Under the pieces are notes generated by a model, which saw only the letters and a list, made by a program, of their open reading frames with translations, ran no database searches and had not been told where the DNA came from. DNA of 39,495 nt. Source: Thermoplasmata archaeon (GTDB lineage: Archaea; Thermoplasmatota; Thermoplasmata; Lutacidiplasmatales; UBA184). Each line of letters opens with the position of its first letter. Within the stretch, counting starts at the first letter, position 1. Location: NCBI GenBank assembly GCA_030040035.1, contig JASHUJ010000071.1, positions 1 to 39,495 of the forward strand. Reading direction: 5' to 3'. Below are positions 1 to 8,500 of this stretch, in pieces. A program made the position numbers and the translations under genes.

Positions 1-725
1 CGGGTGAGCGCGAGGCCCGATAGCTCGAACTCTTCGAACGCCTCGTAAGCGATGGGGCACAAGGTCCGCGCGATCTTCGCCATTTCCGCCGCGTAGAGCC
101 GGATCTCTTCCTGCGCGTGCGGGTCGAGGCGCAGCGAGAGGAAGTGGAAGAGATTCCAGAGGTTGCACTTCCAGTACCATTGGGTGTAGAAGGCGACCGG
201 CAGAAGCAGACGGGCCGTCTCGCGGGCCACACCGTCCTCGAGGGCGCGGGTGTAGGCGGCATAGGCATCCTTGGACACTCGTTCGAGGTCGGCGCGGAAT
301 CGATCGACGACCTCCCCGGGCAGGGGATCGCCCCGCCCTTGGCGATTCTGCACGGACTGGTGCCGCACTTCTTCGGGCGGCGGGACCTCGTATTCGTCGG
401 GCGCTACGCTGTACCTGTAGGACGCTTCATTCACTGAGGACGTGCGATGTCGAATGAACTGCCGCGCGACGAAGATCGGAAGGCGGATGAGGAACTTCAG
501 CTCGACCATCTCGAACGGCGTCGTGTGGCGGTGGCGCATCAGATACCGGATCAGGCCGCGATCGTCGCGGACCGTTCGGGTTCCCGCCCCGTACGACACT
601 CGGGCCGCCTGGACGATCGCCGCATCGTTGCCCATGTAGTCGACGAGCGCGACGAACCCGTGGCCGAGCACCGCGTGGCGCAGCCCGATTTGGGCGTCCG
701 CCTCCGGGACCACGGGACGTACCAT
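1..725 (-). CDS. thyX: Flavin-dependent thymidylate synthase ThyX (C-terminal end runs off the left edge of the window)
   Basis: Absent from the ORF track because it has no stop codon inside the window. My translation of the minus strand from ATG 725 gives MVRPVVPEADAQIGLRHAVLGHGFVALVDYMGNDAAIVQAARVSYG...LIRYLMRHRHTTPFEMVELKFLIRLPIFVARQFIRHRTSSVNEASYRYS... This contains the ThyX signature RHRxxS (RHRTSS) and the GFVxLVDxMGND block. An in-frame GTG at 746 is an alternative start. Confidence 0.85.
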   Translation of the reverse strand, partial: MVRPVVPEADAQIGLRHAVLGHGFVALVDYMGNDAAIVQAARVSYGAGTRTVRDDRGLIRYLMRHRHTTPFEMVELKFLIRLPIFVARQFIRHRTSSVNEASYRYSVAPDEYEVPPPEEVRHQSVQNRQGRGDPLPGEVVDRFRADLERVSKDAYAAYTRALEDGVARETARLLLPVAFYTQWYWKCNLWNLFHFLSLRLDPHAQEEIRLYAAEMAKIARTLCPIAYEAFEEFELSGLALT

Positions 726-855
726 CGGACCGGTCTCGTCGAGCACCGGCCGAGCGAGCCGCCTCCGACATATAGCCCGATGGCCGGGGAGCTGGAACGC
801 CCCGCGCTGCAAAGCCTATAGGTCGCGTGCAAGCTCGAAGAGGGGAGGTGGAACG

Positions 856-3120
856 GTGGCGCGGATCCTCGTATGCGTCGCGTGGCCGTACGCCAATGGG
901 CCGTTCCACATCGGGCACCTGGCCGGCGCGTACTTGCCGGGCGACATGTTCGCGCGCTACCATCGCCTGCGCGGCGACGAGGTGCTGATGGTCTCGGGTT
1001 CCGACATGCACGGCACCCCGACGCTCGTCACCGCGGAGAAGGAAGGCGTCACCCCGCTCGAGATCGCCGAGCGCTATCACGCGGTGAACCAATCTGCGTT
1101 CGAGCAGCTCGGATTCTCCTTCGACCTTTACACGACCACGCACACGGTCGTGCACGAGCGGACGGTGCAGGAAGTGTTCCTCGCACTTCTCGAGAACGGG
1201 TTCATCCGGCGCCGGACGGCGGAGGGGGCGTACTGCCCGAAGCACCAGCGCTTCCTCCCCGACCGCTACTTGATCGGCACGTGCCCGCACTGTGGGTTCC
1301 CGGAAGCCCGGGGGGACGAGTGCGACCACTGTGGGAAACCGGTGGAGCCCCGCCAGTTGGGCGCGCCACGTTGCCTGCTCTGCGGCACGCCGGCCGAGTT
1401 CCGACCCACCGAGCACTTCTACCTCGAGCTCGACCGCCTCCAGGAGAAGCTCGCGGCGTACGTGGCCGGAACCGAAGGATGGCGCAGCGGCACCCTGCGG
1501 GTCGCGGAGAACTTCCTCTCGGAAGGTCTCCACCCGACCCCGATCACCCGCGATCTCGATTGGGGGATCCCGATCCCGCTCGACGGCTACGGCGCGAAGC
1601 GATTCTACGTCTGGTTCGACGCACTCATCGGCTACCTCTCCGCCTCCAAGGAATGGGCGATCCGGGCGGGGAAGCCGGAGGCCTGGCGCCGGTTCTGGGA
1701 CGAGCGGGAATCCGTGCGGTCGTACTACTTCGTCGGAAAGGACAACAAGTTCCATCACACGATCATCTGGCCCGGCATCCTCCTCGGCGTGGGGGGTCTG
1801 AAGCTCCCGTTCGATGTACCGGCCAACGAGTGGCTGCGCATCGACGGGGAGAAGATCTCGAAGTCCCGGACCGGCGCGATCGACGTGTTCGTACCGTCCC
1901 TGCTCGCGCGCTATCCGGCGGACGTGATCCGGTTCTACGCGGCGCTCCTGGCTCCGCAGAACCACGACACCGAGTTCGACGCCGCGGAGTTCCTCCAGGT
2001 CAAGGACGAGGTGCTCGCGAACCAGTACGGGAACCTCGTGCAGCGGGCCCTCGTTCTGGTGCGGGAACGCCTCGGTGGGCGCGTCCCGACTCCCCCGCCC
2101 GGTTGGGAACCCGACGCACCCGGAGGTGTGGGGGAGCGGCTACGCGCGGCGCACGCGCGGATCACGGAAGAGTACGAGCGGGTCCATCTCAAGGAGGCGC
2201 TCGACCTCGCGCTCGAAGAGGTCCGCGAAACCAATCGACGGTTCCACGAAGCGCACCCGTGGAACGCGGACGACGCGGATCGCGCCCGCGTCCTCTACGA
2301 GACCGTCTGGCAGTTGAAAGCGATCGCGACTTGGCTCGCACCGGTTCTTCCGTTCTCGAGCGCGGAGGTCTTCCGCATGATCGGCCGGTCGGGGCCCCCG
2401 GGGTCGGGCGACTGGGACCGGGTGCTCGAACCGCCGGTCCCCGGCGAGCCGCTCGGGCCGATCCGCCCGCTCTTCCCCAAGGAGACCGAGGGCACGCCGG
2501 TCGTACCGAGCCCGAGCGCGCCCGCCCCCACGGGATCCGCCGATCCGCCCCCCCTCGCGGCCCGGGCCGGGGAGATCCGATCGGTCACGGTGCACCCGGC
2601 GGCCGACAAGCTCTACGTGCTCGAGATCGACGTGGGTGAGGACGCCCCCCGGACGGTCGTCGCCGGACTGCGCTCGTCCTACACCCCGGAGGAGCTGCTC
2701 GGCCGACGGGTGGTGCTGCTCGCCAACCTCGCGCCGCGTACGATCCGGAGGATGACCTCGCAGGGGATGGTGCTCGCGGTCGATCACCAGGATCGCGCGG
2801 TCCTCTTGGTCCCCCCCGAGAGCGTTCGGCCCGGCACGTACCTCGCGGGCCGCGGCCCCGACGACCGAACCATCTCGTACGACGAGTTCGCGTCCAGCCC
2901 GCTGCTCATCGGCCGCGTCGCCGGTCCCGCGGCCGACGGCGGCCGCGCGGTCGACCTTGGGGACCGTACCGTGACGGTCCGGGGAGACTGGGAGGAGGGG
3001 ACGCTCGGGGTCGTCCGTCTGGCCGGCGGACCCGGCGGGCCGGCCGAGTGGCTCGCCTTCGGGCCGGGCCTCGCGCCGCGGCCCTCCGCCCGCGTGCCGC
3101 CGGGCGCCCGGGTGCGATGA
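856..3120 (+). CDS. metG: Methionyl-tRNA synthetase with a C-terminal Trbp111/EMAPII-like tRNA-binding domain plus an extra C-terminal extension
   Basis: 754 aa. Carries the HIGH motif (PFHIGHLAG), a KMSKS-type motif (KISKSR) and a zinc knuckle (CPHCGFPEARGDECDHCGKP). The OB-fold tRNA-binding block is VHPAADKLYVLEIDVGEDAPRTVVAGLRSSYTPEELLGRRVVLLANLAPRTIRRMTSQGMVLAV. GTG start at 856 is preceded by GGAGGTG at 844-850. Confidence 0.95.
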   Translation: MARILVCVAWPYANGPFHIGHLAGAYLPGDMFARYHRLRGDEVLMVSGSDMHGTPTLVTAEKEGVTPLEIAERYHAVNQSAFEQLGFSFDLYTTTHTVVHERTVQEVFLALLENGFIRRRTAEGAYCPKHQRFLPDRYLIGTCPHCGFPEARGDECDHCGKPVEPRQLGAPRCLLCGTPAEFRPTEHFYLELDRLQEKLAAYVAGTEGWRSGTLRVAENFLSEGLHPTPITRDLDWGIPIPLDGYGAKRFYVWFDALIGYLSASKEWAIRAGKPEAWRRFWDERESVRSYYFVGKDNKFHHTIIWPGILLGVGGLKLPFDVPANEWLRIDGEKISKSRTGAIDVFVPSLLARYPADVIRFYAALLAPQNHDTEFDAAEFLQVKDEVLANQYGNLVQRALVLVRERLGGRVPTPPPGWEPDAPGGVGERLRAAHARITEEYERVHLKEALDLALEEVRETNRRFHEAHPWNADDADRARVLYETVWQLKAIATWLAPVLPFSSAEVFRMIGRSGPPGSGDWDRVLEPPVPGEPLGPIRPLFPKETEGTPVVPSPSAPAPTGSADPPPLAARAGEIRSVTVHPAADKLYVLEIDVGEDAPRTVVAGLRSSYTPEELLGRRVVLLANLAPRTIRRMTSQGMVLAVDHQDRAVLLVPPESVRPGTYLAGRGPDDRTISYDEFASSPLLIGRVAGPAADGGRAVDLGDRTVTVRGDWEEGTLGVVRLAGGPGGPAEWLAFGPGLAPRPSARVPPGARVR

Positions 3121-3797
3121 CCGACTTCGTTCGGATCGACCTCCACGTCCACTCCCGGCATTCCCCGGACTCTCGGCTTACGCTCGACGAGATCGCCGGC
3201 CGACTGCCGTACGTCGGGTTGCGCGGGTTTGCCATCACGGACCACAACTCGGTCGCGGCCCACCGAGAACTGCCCGCCCTGCGCGAGCGATTTCCCGGGG
3301 TGCTCGTCGTGCCCGGGATCGAAGTCACGACGCGCGAGGGCCATCTCCTCGTGTACGGCGTGGCGGAGGCGCCGAGGCCCCGTCGGTCCGTCGCGGAGAC
3401 GCTCGATTGGGTCCGGCAGCGAGGGGGGATCGGCGTACTCGCCCATCCGTTCCGGTTCCCGCACGGCGCCGGCCGCGCGATCGCGCGCACGTCGGCCGTC
3501 ACGGCGATCGAGACGCTGAACGGTCACTCTTCCGTCATCGCGAACGCGAAGGCCGAGCTCATCGCGGCCGAGCGGCATTTGGGGGCGACCGGAGGGAGCG
3601 ACGGGCACGAGATCGCCGACGTGGGTCGAGCGTTCACCGAGTTCGCCCCCGACATCGACTCGGTCGAGGCCCTCCTCGACGAACTGCGCCGCGGTCAGAC
3701 GAGCGGTGCGGGGGCGTCCCTGCGTTGGCCGGGACGACTCCGCTGGGCGGTGCGCGCGGGCGCTCTGCGCGTGGCCCGCGGCTTCCGAGCGGTGTAG
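3117..3797 (+). CDS. PHP-domain metal-dependent phosphoesterase
   Basis: MTDFVRIDLHVHSRHSPDSRLTLDEI...FAITDHNSV...GIEVTTREGHLLVYG matches the HxH / TDHN / GxE pattern of the PHP family. I place the start at ATG 3117, which overlaps the metG TGA as ATGA. The track ORF from 3048 is an in-frame upstream extension inside metG. Confidence 0.8.
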   Translation: MTDFVRIDLHVHSRHSPDSRLTLDEIAGRLPYVGLRGFAITDHNSVAAHRELPALRERFPGVLVVPGIEVTTREGHLLVYGVAEAPRPRRSVAETLDWVRQRGGIGVLAHPFRFPHGAGRAIARTSAVTAIETLNGHSSVIANAKAELIAAERHLGATGGSDGHEIADVGRAFTEFAPDIDSVEALLDELRRGQTSGAGASLRWPGRLRWAVRAGALRVARGFRAV

Positions 3798-3819
3798 GTC
3801 GGACGCGCGCCCCGACGGC

Positions 3820-3825
3820 TTTAAG
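3820..3825 (+). promoter_or_regulatory. TATA-like box (TTTAAG) about 25-30 nt upstream of tRNA-Cys
   Basis: ggcTTTAAGccgaag is the only AT-rich patch between the PHP stop (3797) and the tRNA 5' end (3850). The spacing fits an archaeal TATA box. Confidence 0.45.
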
Positions 3826-3849
3826 CCGAAGTCCCCTGCCCCCCGCCGC

Positions 3850-3922
3850 GCCGAGGTGGCAGAATGGTTAATGCGACGGACTGCAGATCCGTTTCCTGGG
3901 GGTTCGATTCCCTCCCTCGGCT
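3850..3922 (+). tRNA. tRNA-Cys (anticodon GCA), no encoded CCA
   Basis: Hand-folded cloverleaf: acceptor GCCGAGG/CCTCGGC; D arm GCAG-AATGGTTA-ATGC; anticodon arm ACGGA-CTGCAGA-TCCGT (GCA); variable TTCCT; T arm GGGGG-TTCGATT-CCCTC; discriminator T. 73 nt. Confidence 0.9.
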
Positions 3923-4217
3923 TGGTGCCGTTCGACCTAAGCCCGCGGCACGGACTCGACTCCTTCGGTACGCCGTCCTCCGTGGCTCCGTCGGCTCCCG
4001 TGGTCACTGGGATCGAAGGCTCCCGCCCCCGCGGGCCCGGACGGGAACCGAACCGACCCCGCCGGTCCCCAGGGATCTCCGAAGCGAGGGCCCGGGGATC
4101 CAGGAGACTTTGTATCAATCCCGCGCGAGCGAGATCCAGTCCCCACCGCTTGACGAGGCGGGTTCGATCGAGTCCGCGAGATCGTACCGGGCCCCTGCCG
4201 AGACGGCGCCTCCCTTC

Positions 4218-4631
4218 CTAGGCGGGGTCCTTGATCAGGGCTCCGAAGGAAGACTTCCGCTGGATCTTCCCGTGCTCCATCTCGAAGATATCGCAAAACC
4301 GAACGTGGAAAGCCCGTCCGTCCTTCTTGGTCACGTGAGCCGTGCCCTCCGCCACCACGACGTTGCCCTCCTCGGTGAGCCGCGCGAGGTCGACTCGCAG
4401 CTCATCGTCGCCGTAGTTCCCGATGACCGCGGCCTTGCCCCGGGTGATCGCCCCTAAGGCGGGGACTCCGTCGACCCACTCCACCCACTCCACGTCGTCC
4501 GCCAGCAGGGGACCGAGTTTCGACTTGTCGAGAGTCGCGAAATAGGACTCGACGAGCTTCTTGTTCGGACTCACGAGGGCCCGGATCGGTCCGTCCGTCA
4601 AATAATCTCGCCGCCCGAATCGGGGCAGCAC
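4218..4631 (-). CDS. SnoaL/NTF2-like fold protein (ketosteroid-isomerase-like)
   Basis: 137 aa with good GC3. The size and pattern (VESYFATLDKSKLGPLLADDVEWVEWV...AEGTAHVTKKDGRAFHVRFCDIFEMEHGKI) are typical of SnoaL-like polyketide-cyclase / NTF2-like domains. GTG start. Confidence 0.6.
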   Translation of the reverse strand: MLPRFGRRDYLTDGPIRALVSPNKKLVESYFATLDKSKLGPLLADDVEWVEWVDGVPALGAITRGKAAVIGNYGDDELRVDLARLTEEGNVVVAEGTAHVTKKDGRAFHVRFCDIFEMEHGKIQRKSSFGALIKDPA

Positions 4632-4664
4632 CCCGGATCCGAGGGCCGAGAGTCGTTCCGCGGG

Positions 4665-4988
4665 CTACCGGGGGCGGCCCAGGGCACGGAGCTCCTCGGC
4701 CGTGACCTTCGGTTCGAGGGGGTGGGCGATCTCGTAGAGCTCGGCGACGCGCTGAACGGAGAGCCCCCGACGCGCGAGCTCGAGCAGCTCGTCGCGCCGG
4801 CGACGCGCCGCCCGCTCCATCGCGGCGTACATCCGACCGGCGGGGCTGGAGGGATCCACCGCTCGGGACCCCGCGTCCCGATCGCGTCGGGGGAGGTCCC
4901 GCGTGCCCTCTCGCGGACCGTTCTCGCTCATCGTCCCTTTCAGGAAGCTCGGAGAGCTTAACCCAATCGACACGGACTCGTCGATCAT
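4665..4988 (-). CDS. Hypothetical small basic protein; C-terminal part is helix-turn-helix-like
   Basis: 107 aa with high GC3. The C-terminal segment is ELLELARRGLSVQRVAELYEIA. An AT-rich TTACTTA lies at 5024-5030 upstream. Alternative start at ATG 4931 (MSENG...). No family recognised. Confidence 0.45.
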   Translation of the reverse strand: MIDESVSIGLSSPSFLKGTMSENGPREGTRDLPRRDRDAGSRAVDPSSPAGRMYAAMERAARRRRDELLELARRGLSVQRVAELYEIAHPLEPKVTAEELRALGRPR

Positions 4989-5171
4989 GCGAGAGATCCG
5001 TGTCTCGCTCGCAGGGACGACTGTTACTTAGGCGGCCCATCCGGCGGCCCGGCCTGCAATCTGCGGAGTTCCCGCGGGTACCCTCTTCGCAGGGCCGACA
5101 ACCTCCCTAAGGTAAGGGTCAGTCCGAGTTGACCGACGTAACGGGTCGCTCTCGGGTAGCGACAGCGAGGC

Positions 5172-5393
5172 TCAAGGGGCGGGCGGATCCGGGTCGACGC
5201 CCCGAGCTCGGAACAGCGGACAGGCCAGCACCGGTTGACGGGGATAATGGTTCTCGAAGAGCGGACACCAGATGTACACGCTGGAGGAGGTCCGAACGTA
5301 CCGCGGAGGCGCCCCGCACCGGTGGCAGAGCGACTCGGGGAACGGCCGCATCGATCCGGTCCGGCCTGCGGACTCCGCGTTCGGGTCGCTCAC
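5172..5393 (-). CDS. Small 4-Cys (putative zinc-binding) protein
   Basis: 73 aa with high GC3. Cys pattern is CHRCG...x17...CPLF...x13...CPLF, with a duplicated CPLF motif. Lies 121 nt downstream of the thermopsin-like gene on the same strand. Confidence 0.45.
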   Translation of the reverse strand: MSDPNAESAGRTGSMRPFPESLCHRCGAPPRYVRTSSSVYIWCPLFENHYPRQPVLACPLFRARGVDPDPPAP

Positions 5394-5514
5394 GGTGCCG
5401 CCGCCCCATCCGACTCACGGCCCCGTGTGGTTGGAGACTCCGTGGAATCGTTCATCGCGCGAGGTGGAGGTTCCTCGACGGTGCGACGGGGCGCGTCGGG
5501 GTCCCGCCGCCGGC

Positions 5515-8500
5515 TCACGCGGGTCGTGCGACGAGCCATAGCGCGGACCCGACGCTGGGTCCCGAGACGGCGGTGGGTACGGCGACCCCGGGATCCGAGA
5601 AGCTCACGGAAACGACCGGGGCTCCGCTCGCGAGCACGGTCCCGTTCGCCGGATCCGGTTGCCAGCCGCTCGCGGCGATCGAGTACGGGTAGGGACCGTA
5701 GGGTAGGGGGATCGTGAGCACGCTCGTCGTCGATCGGTACACCGACGCGGCGATGGTAACGTTCCACGCCGTACCCGTCGGGAGTCCCGTCTCTCGGAAG
5801 GTCACTGTCGGGCCGTACGGCGCCGAGTCCCCACCGACCGGGATCCCGTTCTCGTACGCGCCGACGATCGGGGGCTGGGTCCCACAGGGAGCGCCGGGCG
5901 CCTCGATCGACCCGCAGCCGAGCGGGAAGATGTTCGACCAGTCGGAGTAGAAGAACCGGGAAACGTACGGGACGGTCGAGCGATTGTTCGGGCTGGTGCC
6001 GTAGTTCCAGTAGTAGTTCCCGCCCTGCGTGCCCACGGAGGTGCCGAGGACGTTGCCCGCGAGCGGAAATCCGTTGACGGTGTGCACGACGTTCGCTGCG
6101 GGCTGCGGCGTGACGTTCCAGGAGCTCCCGACGACGTTGGCCGCATCGTTGTAGTACCAGGCGTTCCCCTCGGCGTCGTTGAGGCACGGCCCGAGGGTCT
6201 GCGGCAGGCAATCGGCGGTGTTGACCCAGTTGTACGGCAGGTAGACGACGGGGTTATCGACGCTGAAGTTGTTGTTGTAGATCAGGTCGCCGCCCTCGCC
6301 GAGACCGAGCCCGGCGTACGCTCCGTCAACCTTGAGCTTCGCCCCGTGGGGATCCTCGAACGTGTTCCCCCACACGACGTTCTTCGTCCCCCCGTAGAGC
6401 ACGAGGCCATCGACCGCGACGGACCCGTCGATCGGGGCCGTGCTGACGAAGGTGTTCGAGAGGAGGAGATCGCGCGTCGAGTTCCAGACGAAGACCGCGG
6501 CCTCGGGGACCGGATTCTGCGAGGCCGGCACGGAGATGTAGAAGGAGATCTCCGACCAAGCGGGCCAGCCTTCGACGTTCGCATCGTCCGCGAGCGTCAC
6601 GTGGGCCGTCCGGTAGAATTCGATCCCGAGGTAGTAGCTCGTACCGCCGGACTTCCCGGCCGAGAACGAGGGGAGGTCCGTGAGGTCGACGTAGGCGTTC
6701 GTCCCATACAGCAGGACCCCCGGGAACGACGGGTAGTCGTAGTCGTTGGCGCTGAGGAAGTTCGCGCTGAGCTCGCCGGCGTGGAAGCCGAAGTAGCCGG
6801 TCGTCGGGTTGTTGAAGGGCACGTACTGGTTCGAGAGGGACCCGTTGCCCGACGAGGAGATCCCGGCGAGCTCGGCATTGCCGAACGCCCAGAGCGGCGT
6901 GTAGACCCCGACCTTGGGATCGAACGTGAGCGTCGCGGCCAGCGTCGTGGTCCGGCTGCCGACGACGAGCGTGCCGTTCACCGGGGCGTAGTCCGCGAGC
7001 ATGAGCTCGTAGCGGTACGTCCCCGGCATGAGATTCCACGCCGGTACGTCGGGCGCCCACTGGAATCCCTGCCCGGCGAACGCCTGGTCCTCGAGGAAGA
7101 CGAACACGTACGGCGCCGCGGGCAGCGCTCCCTCGGGATCCCCGGTCACGTTGATCGCATTGACGACGCGCGTCGAGCCCGGGACGACCCCGGTCGCGGA
7201 CGTGAAGTTCCACAGGCCGTGATTGATGAGCGGCCCCCCGGTGAGGTATGCGGTGGTGCCGACATAGTTGACCGCGATCCCGATCGCCTGCTCGCCCGTC
7301 TGGCTCCCGTAGTTCACCGCCGCCGGGACGTTCGCGTAGGCGAAGCGGGTCGGCGAACAGTACGGCTGCTCGACGCAGTACTGCACCTGCATCGTCGCGT
7401 GGGCGCCGAGCATGAGCTGATTCGACCCGTCATCGGCGCCGATGAACGCGTCGAACTCGTAGCCCTCGGTCACGATGTGGGTGAGGGTCGCGCTCGCCTC
7501 GAAATCGGGGGGGTGGAGCTTGGTCGGGTCGTGGCCCGGGGCCTGCGACGCGAAGACGAGGTAGTCGTAGTTCCCGTCCCCGATGAACTCGGTCGGCGTC
7601 GCGATCGAGTAGTTGTACCAGAGGATCTGGTCCCCGGCCGCGTCGACCGAGGTGTTGACGTACATCGTGACCGTGAACGGCGCGGGCACGTAGTAGTACC
7701 GGGAGAACGCGACCCAGACCCCCGTGTAGTTCCCGCCGTTGGGGGACCAGCGGACGAGCGAGGAGTTGAACATCTCGGACGTGTAGCTCGTGAAGTTCCA
7801 GGTGTCGTCCACGAAATAGAGCGAGTCGTTGTGGGAATCGTAGGAGAACGTGTTCTGGACCCAGAACGCATAGTTCCCGACTCCGCTCGCGGCGCACGGG
7901 TCGCTCGGGCACTTCGAGCCGAGGATCGTCACATTCGGGAGCACGACGTTCTCCTGGGCACCCCATACCGTCGGGGTGCCGCTCCCCGGATAGAAGTTCT
8001 TGCTCGGGGACTCGACGTTCAGGATGCCGGCAACGCTGTTCGAGTCGAGCGTGACGTCCTGGAGCGTCGTCGTGTCGATCTGTCCGTCGTAGGACACCCC
8101 GGTCGGGTTGGTCTGCGACGTCGTCGGCTGATCTCGGTCGCATTCCGCGCTCAGCTGGCTACCCGACATCGCCACCCCCTCCACGGTCTGGTCGGGGATC
8201 GAGCCGGCGTACGGAAGATGCAGGTCCGTGGACGGCAGACCCGCCGCCGTCGCCCCCCGTGCGGTCGCGGCGAGGTGCTGAAGGAAGGACGCGTACGCCG
8301 GATCGTTGGCCGCGGTCTTCACCGACGCGCAGAACGCGGGCGGAGTGGACCCAACGGTCGGAGGGCTCGTCGGGGTCTCGGCCGCCGGCGCCGCGGTGGG
8401 AGCCACTGGGGCGGGCGGGACCCCAGCGGACGCCGTTGAAGGGCCGAGCGAGGAGCCGCTCGGGGTCGCCGTCGCCGCGGCCCCCCCGACGGCCGCCAGT

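Noticed and set aside
427-1965. 512-aa minus-strand ORF overlapping the thyX 5' region and the first half of metG
   Set aside because: It runs antisense to metG, which is unambiguous (HIGH, KMSKS and zinc-knuckle motifs). The product is Arg/Pro/Gly/Ala-rich with no motifs. This is a typical stop-codon-poor antisense frame in high-GC DNA.
4031-4056. SRP (7S) RNA helix-8-like string GCGGGCCCGGACGGGAACCGAACC in the spacer after tRNA-Cys
   Set aside because: It superficially resembles the archaeal CAGGCCCGGAAGGGAGCAAC motif. However, the tetraloop would be GGAC rather than GNAR, and the invariant AGCA of the symmetric loop is missing. I could not build the remaining SRP helices. It is kept only as part of the unexplained-spacer finding.
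4088-4195. Possible intron-containing tRNA bounded by GGGCCCG...CGGGCCC with an internal GGTTCGATC T-loop-like string
   Set aside because: No D arm, anticodon arm or complementary T stem can be formed on either strand. GGGCCC is self-complementary, so the apparent acceptor pairing is not informative.
5145-5163. Stem-loop GTCGCT-CTCGGGT-AGCGAC just downstream of the small 4-Cys ORF
   Set aside because: It is anticodon-arm-like in size but lacks any surrounding tRNA structure. There is no T-tract. A 6-bp stem in GC-rich DNA is weak evidence on its own.
6082-8439. 785-aa plus-strand ORF antisense to thermopsin-like paralog 1, together with nested ORFs 6326..7213, 7430..8143 and others
   Set aside because: The product is dominated by R, G, V, D, E and P with no recognisable domains. 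The opposite-strand frame has a signal peptide, family motifs and a coherent paralog elsewhere in the window.
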